A stretch of 64,000 nucleotides of DNA, from assembly GCA_041395725.1 (NCBI GenBank), contig JAWKZW010000001.1:919127-983126 (forward strand), in the 5' to 3' direction. Below the pieces are notes generated by a model. It had not been told where the DNA came from and did no database searches. It was given only the letters and a program-made list of their open reading frames with translations. Below, piece by piece: positions 20,171 to 29,250 of the stretch (its first letter is position 1; each line of letters begins with the position of its first letter). Source of the stretch: Gammaproteobacteria bacterium (GTDB taxonomy: Bacteria > Pseudomonadota > Gammaproteobacteria > Pseudomonadales > Pseudohongiellaceae). Both the position numbers and the translations under genes were made by a program.

Positions 20171-20359
20171 CTAGTGCAATCGATGGGCGACCATCAGTTC
20201 CTTTTCGAACATCTCCTTGACCTTCAGCAGTTCGCTGACGTCATCGTCGGTTTCCATCAGCGGCAGATGCTGCTCGATGTCCGTCAGAATATTGGTGATG
20301 CTGCCGGTATCCAGCGCGCTCAGGTCCACCTCGAAAGGCCAAAGTTTGTCGAAGCTCAT
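20171..20359 (-). CDS. Hypothetical small acidic protein (62 aa)
   Basis: ATG-initiated ORF followed about 80 nt later by a good terminator. I recognise no family. Confidence 0.45.
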   Translation of the reverse strand: MSFDKLWPFEVDLSALDTGSITNILTDIEQHLPLMETDDDVSELLKVKEMFEKELMVAHRLH

Positions 20360-20629
20360 ACCCCAGTGTCCAAATTTTGATCAGTTCCGCTGTCGTTGCC
20401 TGAAATACTATCGACTGACTTTAAGATATCTTCATAACAAATTCTAAAATATAAGGTTTTTATCCATATCAGAAGAGTTCTCACGCCTCCTGCCACAAAC
20501 TTTACGGGACCTGTCCGTACGTGTAGACTGCGTCAACCTTCAGGGCTGGAGGGGGAGTTACCGCAGCATCAGGCCAGCCAGACAAGGACTTGCGACCCTA
20601 CGACAATAAAATAAAAAAGGGCATTCGGG

Positions 20630-22975
20630 ATGACAGCCTTTATTCGCGCATGGGCAGATACAGTTACCACCCGGCGCCATCTGATACTTCTTCTGGGAAT
20701 AGTGCTTCTTCCGGTCATGCTGTTCACCGGCAAGGCTATCCCGTTCGACAATACGACAGAGCGGTACTTTGTCAGCGGCGACCCTGCCCTGGAAAATTTC
20801 GAGTACCTGATCGACCTGTTCGGCGACTACGAATATCTGATCGTCGGTATCGAACAATTATCCGCTGAAAGTGACGTGTTCAACCCGGACACGCTCGACA
20901 CCATTAACCGTATAACCGGGTTTTTCGACTCCCACCGCTTCGTCACTCAGGTGCGATCGCTGACCAATTACCAATATACCCACGCCGACAGAGACGCCAT
21001 CAGCACCGACTACCTCATCGAGGATGTCAGTCAGCTGGTAAATAATCCCGCCCTGGTAAACGCCATCCGCAACACCGTGCGCGGCGAAGAACTGGCGCTT
21101 GGCACACTGGTCAGTGAAGACTTCCGCCATGCCCGGATTACCGCCCGGGTGGAATACCGGGACTACACAGCAGCGCACAAGGTGGCTCTGGCTCAGGAGT
21201 TCTACCAGTTCATCGCCGAACAGGGCCTGGAGAGCGAGGAGTACGCCCTGCACTACTCCGGTTATCCGCTTCTCAGCGAGCGTTTTGAAACCCTGGTTCA
21301 GGACGATATGCAGCTGGTGATACCGGTGATGGGACTGCTGATGTTCCTGATGCTGTTTCTAAGCTTTCGCTCACCCCTCGCCATGGTGATGCCGGGCCTG
21401 GTCATCGGCGTCGGTGTACTCGGGGTCAACGAGATTCAAAGTTATCTGGGCGCTCCTCACTCCACGGTCGACCAGGCGCTATTGCCCACCATGATCATTA
21501 TCGGCGTGGGAATTACCGTTCACGTGCTGGTGGAGTTTTACCATGCCATGCGGGAAAACCCGGACAGTATCGCCGCCGCCCGCCTGGCCATCATACGGCT
21601 CTGGAAACCCGCATTCTTCACCACCATCACGACCTCGGCCGGCTTCCTTGCGTTGTCGGTCATCCGCATCACGCCGATCCGTGACTTTGCGCTGCTGGGC
21701 GCCATCGGACCGCTGCTGTTATTCCTGTTCGCCATGACGCTGCTGCCTGCCCTGCTGAGCTTCACCACCCAGATTCCCCGACGCACGCTGGGCGCGATCT
21801 CTACAGGGCTGGTATCACGCTTCACCGGCGCCCTGCCCGACTTCACTTCGAAACACCACAAAGGCATCATCGCCTGTGGGCTGGCCTGCCTGGTCTTCGC
21901 AGTACTGACACTACCAAGAATCCAGATTGACACGAACTATATCACCCAGTTCAAACAGGCCAGCCCGGTCAGACAGGATATCCTGTACCTGGATCGTATT
22001 TTCCGCGGTGTGCTGACCCTCGATATCATTCTCGATTCCGGTGCGCCGGAAGGTGTCAAAGATCCTGAATTTCTGCGCCAGGTAGAAGCCTACCAGGCGT
22101 GGTTGGAAAGCCGCCCGTCCACCGGGCCGGTCAACTCACTGGTTGATTACCTGAAGGAGATCAGCCAGGCGCTCAACGGCGACAATCCCGATTATTACCG
22201 TTTACCCGACAGCCGCGAGATGGCTGCGCAATTCCTGCTGCTCTATGACAGCTCAGGAACCGATGAAGACCTGTCGGACATCAAAGATTTCGATAACCGC
22301 TTTCTGCGGTTGATCGTACCGATAGTCAACATGGCCGCCTCCGAGGCCAGGGCGGAACTCGACACTATCGAGACCTATGGCCGGCAGAACTTCCCGGCGC
22401 TGGAGCCCATACTCACCGGCGGTATGGCACTGCGAACCGCCCAGGATGTCTATGCCGCGCAGGGCATGTCCCGCTCCTTCGGTACCGCCCTGCTGGTGAT
22501 CAGTCTGTTCTTCTTTATTCTGTTCAGATCATTCAAGTATGGCGTGCTGTCCCTGATACCCAGCGTGCTGCCCATCGTACTGACGGGCGGCATTGCCGGC
22601 GTTCTGGGGGTTTACCTGGACCTGAACACCATGCTGGTGGGAGCCATGACCATGGGAATAGCCGTGGATGACTCCATCCATGTCATGAGCCGTTATCTGA
22701 CTGCCAGAAAATCCGGGGCGTCCACTCACGAGGCCATTGACAGGGCCATGAATGAATCCGGTCGCGCGGTAATTTTCACTTCTGCAGTACTGGTTCTCGG
22801 CTTCAGTGTGTTCTGTCTGGCATCCTTTACTACTATTATTTATGTCGGTCTGTTCGGTTCCATAATCATGCTGCTGGCGCTGCTGGGCGACCTGCTGCTG
22901 TTACCGGCACTGCTTTTCTGGATAGACGGTAAAGAACCTGCTCATGAATCCCGACAACAGCCCGATGTCACCTAA
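20630..22975 (+). CDS. RND superfamily / MMPL-type inner-membrane transporter
   Basis: 781-aa ORF with two 6-TM bundles, each preceded by a periplasmic loop of about 200 aa. The second bundle contains GAMTMGIAVDDSIHVMSRY, typical of MMPL/HpnN-like exporters. Confidence 0.85.
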   Translation: MTAFIRAWADTVTTRRHLILLLGIVLLPVMLFTGKAIPFDNTTERYFVSGDPALENFEYLIDLFGDYEYLIVGIEQLSAESDVFNPDTLDTINRITGFFDSHRFVTQVRSLTNYQYTHADRDAISTDYLIEDVSQLVNNPALVNAIRNTVRGEELALGTLVSEDFRHARITARVEYRDYTAAHKVALAQEFYQFIAEQGLESEEYALHYSGYPLLSERFETLVQDDMQLVIPVMGLLMFLMLFLSFRSPLAMVMPGLVIGVGVLGVNEIQSYLGAPHSTVDQALLPTMIIIGVGITVHVLVEFYHAMRENPDSIAAARLAIIRLWKPAFFTTITTSAGFLALSVIRITPIRDFALLGAIGPLLLFLFAMTLLPALLSFTTQIPRRTLGAISTGLVSRFTGALPDFTSKHHKGIIACGLACLVFAVLTLPRIQIDTNYITQFKQASPVRQDILYLDRIFRGVLTLDIILDSGAPEGVKDPEFLRQVEAYQAWLESRPSTGPVNSLVDYLKEISQALNGDNPDYYRLPDSREMAAQFLLLYDSSGTDEDLSDIKDFDNRFLRLIVPIVNMAASEARAELDTIETYGRQNFPALEPILTGGMALRTAQDVYAAQGMSRSFGTALLVISLFFFILFRSFKYGVLSLIPSVLPIVLTGGIAGVLGVYLDLNTMLVGAMTMGIAVDDSIHVMSRYLTARKSGASTHEAIDRAMNESGRAVIFTSAVLVLGFSVFCLASFTTIIYVGLFGSIIMLLALLGDLLLLPALLFWIDGKEPAHESRQQPDVT

Positions 22976-22998
22976 TGAACTAATGAATCAATGAACTA

Positions 22999-23853
22999 AT
23001 GAAATTTGAACCAGCCAGACCCATGACACCAAAGAGCAGAATATCCGCACTATTGCTGGCCTTCGTCCTGTTGCCGATGGAGCACCCGGTACACGGTCAA
23101 AGCCCCGAATACAACGCCGCGGAAGTGGTACGTATGAACGATCAGCTCGAAGATGGCGAGTCGGCCGTCAGCGATTATCGCCTGGTGCTGATTGACCGGC
23201 GCGGCCGACAGCGTGAGCGCCAGCTGCGGATGTATTCAAAAGACTACGGGGAGGATTCCCGCACCCTGTCCCTGTTTGACGCACCAGCTGATATCCGGGG
23301 TACCGGCTACCTGAACTATGACTGGGACGACCCCGACATGGATGACGATTCCTGGCTTTACCTGCCCTCCCTGCAGCGGGTCAAGCGGATTGCCACCAGT
23401 GACACGTCGGATTCCTTTCTGGGCAGCGATTTCACTTACGCGGACATCAATGGTCTCGAGATCAGCTGGTATGACTACAGTTTTGCCAGTGAGAGCGAAG
23501 TGGTGGACGGACAGGACTGCTGGGTGATCGATATCGTGCCCAAACCGGAATTCCGCGACAAGGCAGAAGACGCAACCGGCTATTCGCGCCTGCGAACCTG
23601 GATTCGCAAGGACAATTTCGTGCAGCAGAGAAGCCAGGCCTGGGAGTTGCGCGGCAACCGCATCAAATACTTCAATTCGTCGGAAATTGAACAGATCGAC
23701 GGGATCTGGACCACCCGGCGCATGCAGGTCATCACCACGCGCAATGACCGGCAGGAGCATGCCAGCGTTCTGCAACTGGAAGACGTCGCTTACAATATCG
23801 AGCTCAGTGACGACATTTTTACCACCGAGAACCTGCAGCGCGGTCTCGACTGA
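22999..23853 (+). CDS. Outer-membrane lipoprotein-sorting (LolA-like fold) periplasmic protein
   Basis: 284-aa ORF with a signal peptide. DDSWLYLPSLQRVKRIATSDTSDSFLGSDFTYADI matches my memory of the LolA_like family core. It lies 23 nt after the RND gene. Confidence 0.75.
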   Translation: MKFEPARPMTPKSRISALLLAFVLLPMEHPVHGQSPEYNAAEVVRMNDQLEDGESAVSDYRLVLIDRRGRQRERQLRMYSKDYGEDSRTLSLFDAPADIRGTGYLNYDWDDPDMDDDSWLYLPSLQRVKRIATSDTSDSFLGSDFTYADINGLEISWYDYSFASESEVVDGQDCWVIDIVPKPEFRDKAEDATGYSRLRTWIRKDNFVQQRSQAWELRGNRIKYFNSSEIEQIDGIWTTRRMQVITTRNDRQEHASVLQLEDVAYNIELSDDIFTTENLQRGLD

Positions 23854-23865
23854 CAGGGTCGCTCA

Positions 23866-25266
23866 TTGAATCGGTCACCCCGACAGCTTCACTCCCAGTT
23901 CCGGACCGCGCTGCTGTGCAGCACTTTCCTTTTTTCCTGTGCGGGCGCCCCGGTACAGGCCCAGGATGATTTTTTTACCAACCTGGAAATTGAACCGCCC
24001 GATCAGGGAGCAGACAGGGACGCGCCGCTTTCAATTCTGGGCTGGGTTACCGAGGAGTTGTCCTACGGTTACCGTCGTCCGGACCCGCCTTTCAGCCGCA
24101 CCGATCGCCAGCTCACCCAGGTGGAAACCAGCCTCTATACCCAGGTGGACTGGCAGGCGTCCGACACGCTGAATTTTCGCTTCAGCGGCAAAGCGTATCA
24201 CGATGCCGTGTTCGCCCTTGAGAGCGACACGCCCTTCACCAACTCCGAACGCAGTCTCTACCGCAATCGTTTTGAGGTCCGGGATTTCTACCTCGAAAAG
24301 CAATTCGACAGCGGGCTGTACCTGAAGGCCGGCCATCAGATCCATGCCTGGGGTTTTGCCGAGTTTCTGCGGGTTACCGATCTGATCAATACCGAGGACC
24401 AGTACACCATCGGCCAGCAGGACCTGGAGGACATCCGCCTGCAGGTACCCTCCCTGCAGCTCAGTTATTCACTGCTGAACTGGACCCTGGATGCCGTAGT
24501 CACCTTTCATGCCGGCTACAACGACATCGCGCCAGCCGGCGACGAATTTGATCAATGGCTGCCCATCCGCCAGGAGAACTGGCTGATAGAACGAGACGAC
24601 CCTGGTAACCGTTCGGAAACTTTTCTGAGAGCGTCCACCCATTACGCGGATGGAGACCTGCAGATAGTGGTGGGCGAATACAACAACAATCAGTTGACCA
24701 TTGACGGAATCAGCCGCATCAAATCCTTCAGCCCGACCTTTCATCTGGCCCAGCAGCGCATGCAGGCTCTGGGCGTGGCCGCCAACCGCGTGCGCGGCTC
24801 GTGGCTTCTATTCGGAGAGCTCGGGGTGCAGCGAAACGCACCGGTCACGCCGTTGGGCCTCGATGCCCTGCTGAATCCCCGTGGCTGGGAAGAACGCAGC
24901 CGCGTGCTGGGTGCTCTGGGCATCGAATACAACGGCTTCAGCAACACCCTGCTGAGCCTGGAGCTGGACAATACCCATACCCGCGGCGACGTGCAGAGGC
25001 TGGAAATAGACCGCAACCAGGTAGGGGTCGGCACCCGTCTGTACTGGACCGGCTGGAACGAGCGAGTGGAGCTGTTGTCGGTCTGGAACCGGCTGGCCAA
25101 CGACCAGGGCTCTCTGACCCGGCTTTCGGTGGATTACAATTGGTCTGACAACTGGAAATTCGGTTTGCTCTGGGTGGACTACAGCGCCGGCCGTGGTTCC
25201 CTGTACCGTGGCTTTCGCAACAACGACATGTTGCAGTTGAATGCCCGCTTCAGTTTTCAGCGTTGA
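23866..25266 (+). CDS. DUF1302-like outer-membrane beta-barrel protein
   Basis: 466-aa ORF with a TTG start and a signal peptide (ALLCSTFLFSCAGAPVQA). LKAGHQIHAWGFAEFLRVTDLINTED resembles the DUF1302 motif (RxGxQxxxWG...D.INP.D). It lies 12 nt after the previous gene. Confidence 0.65.
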   Translation: MNRSPRQLHSQFRTALLCSTFLFSCAGAPVQAQDDFFTNLEIEPPDQGADRDAPLSILGWVTEELSYGYRRPDPPFSRTDRQLTQVETSLYTQVDWQASDTLNFRFSGKAYHDAVFALESDTPFTNSERSLYRNRFEVRDFYLEKQFDSGLYLKAGHQIHAWGFAEFLRVTDLINTEDQYTIGQQDLEDIRLQVPSLQLSYSLLNWTLDAVVTFHAGYNDIAPAGDEFDQWLPIRQENWLIERDDPGNRSETFLRASTHYADGDLQIVVGEYNNNQLTIDGISRIKSFSPTFHLAQQRMQALGVAANRVRGSWLLFGELGVQRNAPVTPLGLDALLNPRGWEERSRVLGALGIEYNGFSNTLLSLELDNTHTRGDVQRLEIDRNQVGVGTRLYWTGWNERVELLSVWNRLANDQGSLTRLSVDYNWSDNWKFGLLWVDYSAGRGSLYRGFRNNDMLQLNARFSFQR

Positions 25267-25473
25267 CAAGCTCGGATCGAGTCCATCGACTATCAACTGT
25301 AAATTCACCAACAGCTTGGAAGCTCCGCAGCAATAAAGCAGGGCAAACTCTGGGTAGAGAAAGCGTAGTCAATCTCACAGCAGTTAGGGCTGTGATAATC
25401 TACGCCAGGTAAACGTTTGTGCTGACAGCCAGCAACCACCATTGGAAAGCTTTCCGTACGAGGATCTGCATGT

Positions 25474-26127
25474 ATGAATAAGTTGGAAATCAATGAAGAA
25501 AGCCTCCAACAGATACTTGGCAATTGCCATCACAAGAGCTATCCAAAAAACGCCAGAATCGTCAGCCCGGGGGACGCAGCCGACAAGCTCTACTACGTTG
25601 TGGAAGGCTCATTGGTGGTCATGCTGGAAGATGAGCTGGGTCAGGAAGTAATTCTTACCTATCTGAACTCAGGCGAATTCCTGGGCGAGATGGGGCTGTT
25701 TGTTGAACAGTCAACCCGCAATGTCCTTATCCGAACCCGTGCAGATACTGTACTGGCTGAGATCAGCTACAGTCGGGTAGCTGAATTAATCCATGACTCT
25801 AACAAAGAGGCTGCAATCGCTTTGCTTATTGGTATTGGCTCACAGTTGAGTGATCGCTTGTTGAAAAGCAGCCGAAAAGTTGGCCTCCTGGCGTTTCATG
25901 ACGTGACAGGCCGTATTGCACGAACCCTGATTGAGCTTTGTGAAGAGCCCGAAGCGCTGACCCATCCAGATGGCATGCAGATTCAGATTACCCGGCAGGA
26001 ACTGAGCCGGATCGTAAGCTGTTCACGGGAAATGGCGGGGCGAATCATGGCCAGCCTGGAACAGGAGGGTCTCATCACCGTGGAAGGGAAAAAGACCGTT
26101 ATCGTCCATGGTGCGTCCAGGCCTTAG
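25474..26127 (+). CDS. crp: cAMP receptor protein (Crp/Vfr ortholog)
   Basis: 217 aa, collinear with E. coli CRP. [39 protein letters not shown] matches E. coli [39 protein letters not shown]. A cNMP-binding region is present ([10 protein letters not shown]). Confidence 0.9.
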   Translation: [217 protein letters not shown]

Positions 26128-26139
26128 TTAGCAGCGCGG

Positions 26140-26649
26140 CTAGCTGGAGCTTACGCTGGCCTTAACGTCTACTACATTACCGGCGTTACTTGTCGTCTCA
26201 GCGCTGTCCGGTACGGGATGATCTTCAAGGGCGGCAATCTTCGCCATCTGCCGCACGGCTTCATGCATCTCCAGCAGAATTCCTTTGAAATCCCCCCTGT
26301 CATCATCACAATTGCGTATTGCCAGGGCAGATCTGTGCAATCGCCTGATCAGTGCAATCATTCTGTCTCCCTCCTGTCGCAGGGCAATATATTTGCGCTC
26401 CCTGGGAAGTAACCTTAAGGCGGCGCCATAGCTTCCCGCGCCAGCGCACATCAAGCCAATTACCACAATTTCGAATTGCACTTGCTGGCCCATTTGGTTG
26501 GTAAAAAAGACCGATGCAAGGACGGCAAGTACTCCGGCACTTGTCAGCACCATATCCAGTAAGCGGGAAATCTTTCTTGTCATCGCCGTTTCCACTGAGA
26601 TTAGCAGGTAAATGAACGCTCCGACCACAACATTAAGGCCACGTCTCAC
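26140..26649 (-). CDS. Hypothetical membrane protein
   Basis: 169-aa ORF with a GTG start, three hydrophobic segments and a soluble C-terminal tail. I recognise no family. Confidence 0.45.
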   Translation of the reverse strand: MRRGLNVVVGAFIYLLISVETAMTRKISRLLDMVLTSAGVLAVLASVFFTNQMGQQVQFEIVVIGLMCAGAGSYGAALRLLPRERKYIALRQEGDRMIALIRRLHRSALAIRNCDDDRGDFKGILLEMHEAVRQMAKIAALEDHPVPDSAETTSNAGNVVDVKASVSSS

Positions 26650-26877
26650 CAGCGTAAACCATACATCTTTGATTTTGTGAAATTTGTCACTTCTTAAAAA
26701 ACCTCAGTGCAATTGCCCCTTTGCGGTAATCAATCCGCGATTTCGTGAAATAAATAGGAAAACTGGCGAGACTGGCTGCCGATAACATGACGGTACTGAA
26801 ATTATCGGACAATTCTCAGGGCTGCGTGCCACCGCACGCATGGTTCTGGGAATTTTCTTCCGCAGCAGAGAGATCCC

Positions 26878-27651
26878 GTGAAACATCGTCTAAGAAGCGC
26901 CTGTCTCAAGCTTGTACAGAAAACGCCCTTTGAGCATGCTATCAAGGACCTGGTAGTACGGTTCTCATCCAGCGCTGGAGCAGCCGATGATCGCAGCACC
27001 TTCCAGGTCATCGACAGATGCGTCAAGGAGGGCTCCAACTGCATCGATATCGGTGCTTATCGTGGCGATATCCTGCGACGCCTGGTAAAACGTGCAGGCA
27101 AGGGTGAGATCCACGCCGTTGAACCCATCCTGGAAAACTGTGAGTACCTGCGGAAAAAGTTTCCTACCGTTAAAGTTCACAATCTGGCCCTGTCGGATCA
27201 TGTAGGGAAGGCGACCTTCTTCCACGCCCTTGGCAGACCGGCGCGGAGCGGCTTGCATAAACAGAATTACCCGGATCCCGATGAACAGGTTAACGAGGTG
27301 GCCATCGGCGTGGCTACCCTGGACACCCTCATACCACCCGGGACCCGCATCGACTTCGTAAAGATTGACGTTGAAGGCGCGGAACTGGCGGTGCTGCGGG
27401 GCGGGCGGGAACTGATCCGGAGATGGCGGCCGATAATAATTTTCGAGCATGCGGAACCTGCCGCACTGAAATTTGGCGACAGCTCGGAGAGCCTGCGTCA
27501 GTTCCTGACCGAGGAGTGTGGCATGAACATTTCCAGCATGCAGAGGTGGCTCGACGGGGGCAGGCCCTATAGCCCGGATGAATTTCATGCAGCACGACTG
27601 CAGCATCATGCCATGTATTTCATCGCCTATCAGACTATCGAAAAGGAATAA
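26878..27651 (+). CDS. FkbM family methyltransferase
   Basis: 257-aa ORF with a GTG start. IDIGAYRGD...IHAVEP...FVKIDVEGAELAVLRG is the FkbM-family signature. Confidence 0.8.
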   Translation: MKHRLRSACLKLVQKTPFEHAIKDLVVRFSSSAGAADDRSTFQVIDRCVKEGSNCIDIGAYRGDILRRLVKRAGKGEIHAVEPILENCEYLRKKFPTVKVHNLALSDHVGKATFFHALGRPARSGLHKQNYPDPDEQVNEVAIGVATLDTLIPPGTRIDFVKIDVEGAELAVLRGGRELIRRWRPIIIFEHAEPAALKFGDSSESLRQFLTEECGMNISSMQRWLDGGRPYSPDEFHAARLQHHAMYFIAYQTIEKE

Positions 27652-27659
27652 GATTACCG

Positions 27660-28379
27660 GTGAAAATACCTATACTCAGCCAACTCATTCGCAGGATCCA
27701 ACCTGAAACGCTGATCGATAAGACCGCCAGGTTTGTCGCCTGCGAGATGATCGAAGGTGATTATCTCGAGTTTGGCGTTTACCAGGGGGCCGCCTTCATC
27801 AGTGCCTACCATGCCTTCAGAGAACAGTTCGAAGACCGGGTCAATCTTCAGATTGGCGGCAAGGATCAGCAGGCATCCAGGGCCAGGCGACAGGATTTGT
27901 GGAACAGCATGCGCTTCTTCGCCTTCGACTCTTTTGCCGGATTACCCACCCTGGCAGACGAAGACACCTCGACTGCGGATTTCGAGCAGGGGCAGTTTGC
28001 CTTTCCAGCCAGCGAGTTTCGCAACAGGTTGAAAAAGGGGCGTGTACCACTGGATCGCGTCAGGGTAGTAGAAGGCTGGTTCGAGGCAACCTGCACGGAA
28101 CAGACCCGGAAGACACATGATCTCACCAGAGCAGCGGTGGTCTGGATAGACGCCGACCTTTACAGCTCTGCCAGAACCGCACTGGAATTCATCACGCCAC
28201 TGATCCAGGACGGAACAGTAATTATCTTCGATGACTGGTATTCCTACCGGGGCAACCCGAAAGAGGGAGAACAGCGGGCTTTTCAGGAATGGCAGGAAAC
28301 TATCAGAGACAGATTCTCGGTGCAGGAGTATCAGAAAGAATCCTGGAAGCGAAACAGTTTTATCATTTCCGCTCGGTAG
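27660..28379 (+). CDS. TylF/MycF (macrocin-O-methyltransferase-like) family methyltransferase
   Basis: 239-aa ORF. GDYLEFGVYQGAAF and VWIDADLYSSARTALEFITPLIQDGTVIIFDDW are typical of TylF-type O-methyltransferases. Confidence 0.8.
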   Translation: MKIPILSQLIRRIQPETLIDKTARFVACEMIEGDYLEFGVYQGAAFISAYHAFREQFEDRVNLQIGGKDQQASRARRQDLWNSMRFFAFDSFAGLPTLADEDTSTADFEQGQFAFPASEFRNRLKKGRVPLDRVRVVEGWFEATCTEQTRKTHDLTRAAVVWIDADLYSSARTALEFITPLIQDGTVIIFDDWYSYRGNPKEGEQRAFQEWQETIRDRFSVQEYQKESWKRNSFIISAR

Positions 28380-28462
28380 TCTGCCGTGGCTCTGATTTTG
28401 CAATGGGGAAGGTTACAGCGCCCGCTCAGGACTTCGCCGAAGACCGGAGGCCCGCGGAAGAA

Positions 28463-29125
28463 TCACTGCAGTCGGCATGAAACAATCAGGGTTTCGGAAT
28501 ACCAGGGAAAGATCAGGGCCAGCTTTCTCCAGATCTGCTTAAACACAGAGAGCCGCTTCCGATTCAGAAAGGTGAAATTGATTTCTTCGACGACGAGGTT
28601 ATTCCTGGCCAGACATTGAACAAGTGTGGTTGGGGTAAAGTTGACGACATGGTCAGGATGACAATGCTCCTTCCGAAAGAACGCATTGAACACATTGAGC
28701 AAAGACAGCGCATTCGGCGTACTGATCAACAGGTGCGTGTTTTCGTTCATCGCGGCGATAATGTTTGATAGCCCCGTTCTTATGTTCTCAAGGTGTTCAA
28801 TAGTTTCTCCGAAAATAATAACGTCTGGTTCAAAATCAATTTTATTAATATCATTCATGTCCAGATGCATAATGTTCCCGATGCCGTTTTCGCGCAGATA
28901 GTCGATGGCGTCAGTATCCACATCCAGACCGACCACCTCTGCGGCGGAATGACTGAGCCTGGAGTGGAGCAGCAGGCCATCAGCAAGTTTCTCTCTGGTA
29001 AATGGCGCATCACATGCCCCGATGTGCAGGACCTTTTTATTCCTGCAATAGTCAGCGAAGTATTCGTCGCGAAGCGAGGGCAGCAGTGCCGGTTGGTTGG
29101 GTAACATAGAATAGAGATCTGCCAT
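28463..29125 (-). CDS. Class I SAM-dependent methyltransferase
   Basis: 220-aa ORF. Motif I is KKVLHIGACD, with VVGLDVD and IIFGETIEHLEN later. The DNA is very AT-rich (15 of 60 G+C in the line starting 28801). Confidence 0.7.
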   Translation of the reverse strand: MADLYSMLPNQPALLPSLRDEYFADYCRNKKVLHIGACDAPFTREKLADGLLLHSRLSHSAAEVVGLDVDTDAIDYLRENGIGNIMHLDMNDINKIDFEPDVIIFGETIEHLENIRTGLSNIIAAMNENTHLLISTPNALSLLNVFNAFFRKEHCHPDHVVNFTPTTLVQCLARNNLVVEEINFTFLNRKRLSVFKQIWRKLALIFPWYSETLIVSCRLQ

Positions 29126-29250
29126 TTTTCTGAATGGTCAGCATTCTAGCTGAGATCTCCCTGCGGTAGAAGCGAACAGCGCAATCTGCGCTGCCTGAGA
29201 TACACACTCTGATGAGAAGCCTGAGCAGTCAGAAGTCGGAACACCACACT

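Noticed and set aside
25375-25395. Inverted repeat TCACAGC-N7-GCTGTGA about 80 nt upstream of crp, considered as a CRP/Vfr autoregulatory site
   Set aside because: The half-sites are in the opposite order to the CRP consensus (TGTGA-N6-TCACA) and the spacing is different. It may be a hairpin or another factor's site, but I cannot support a CRP-box call.
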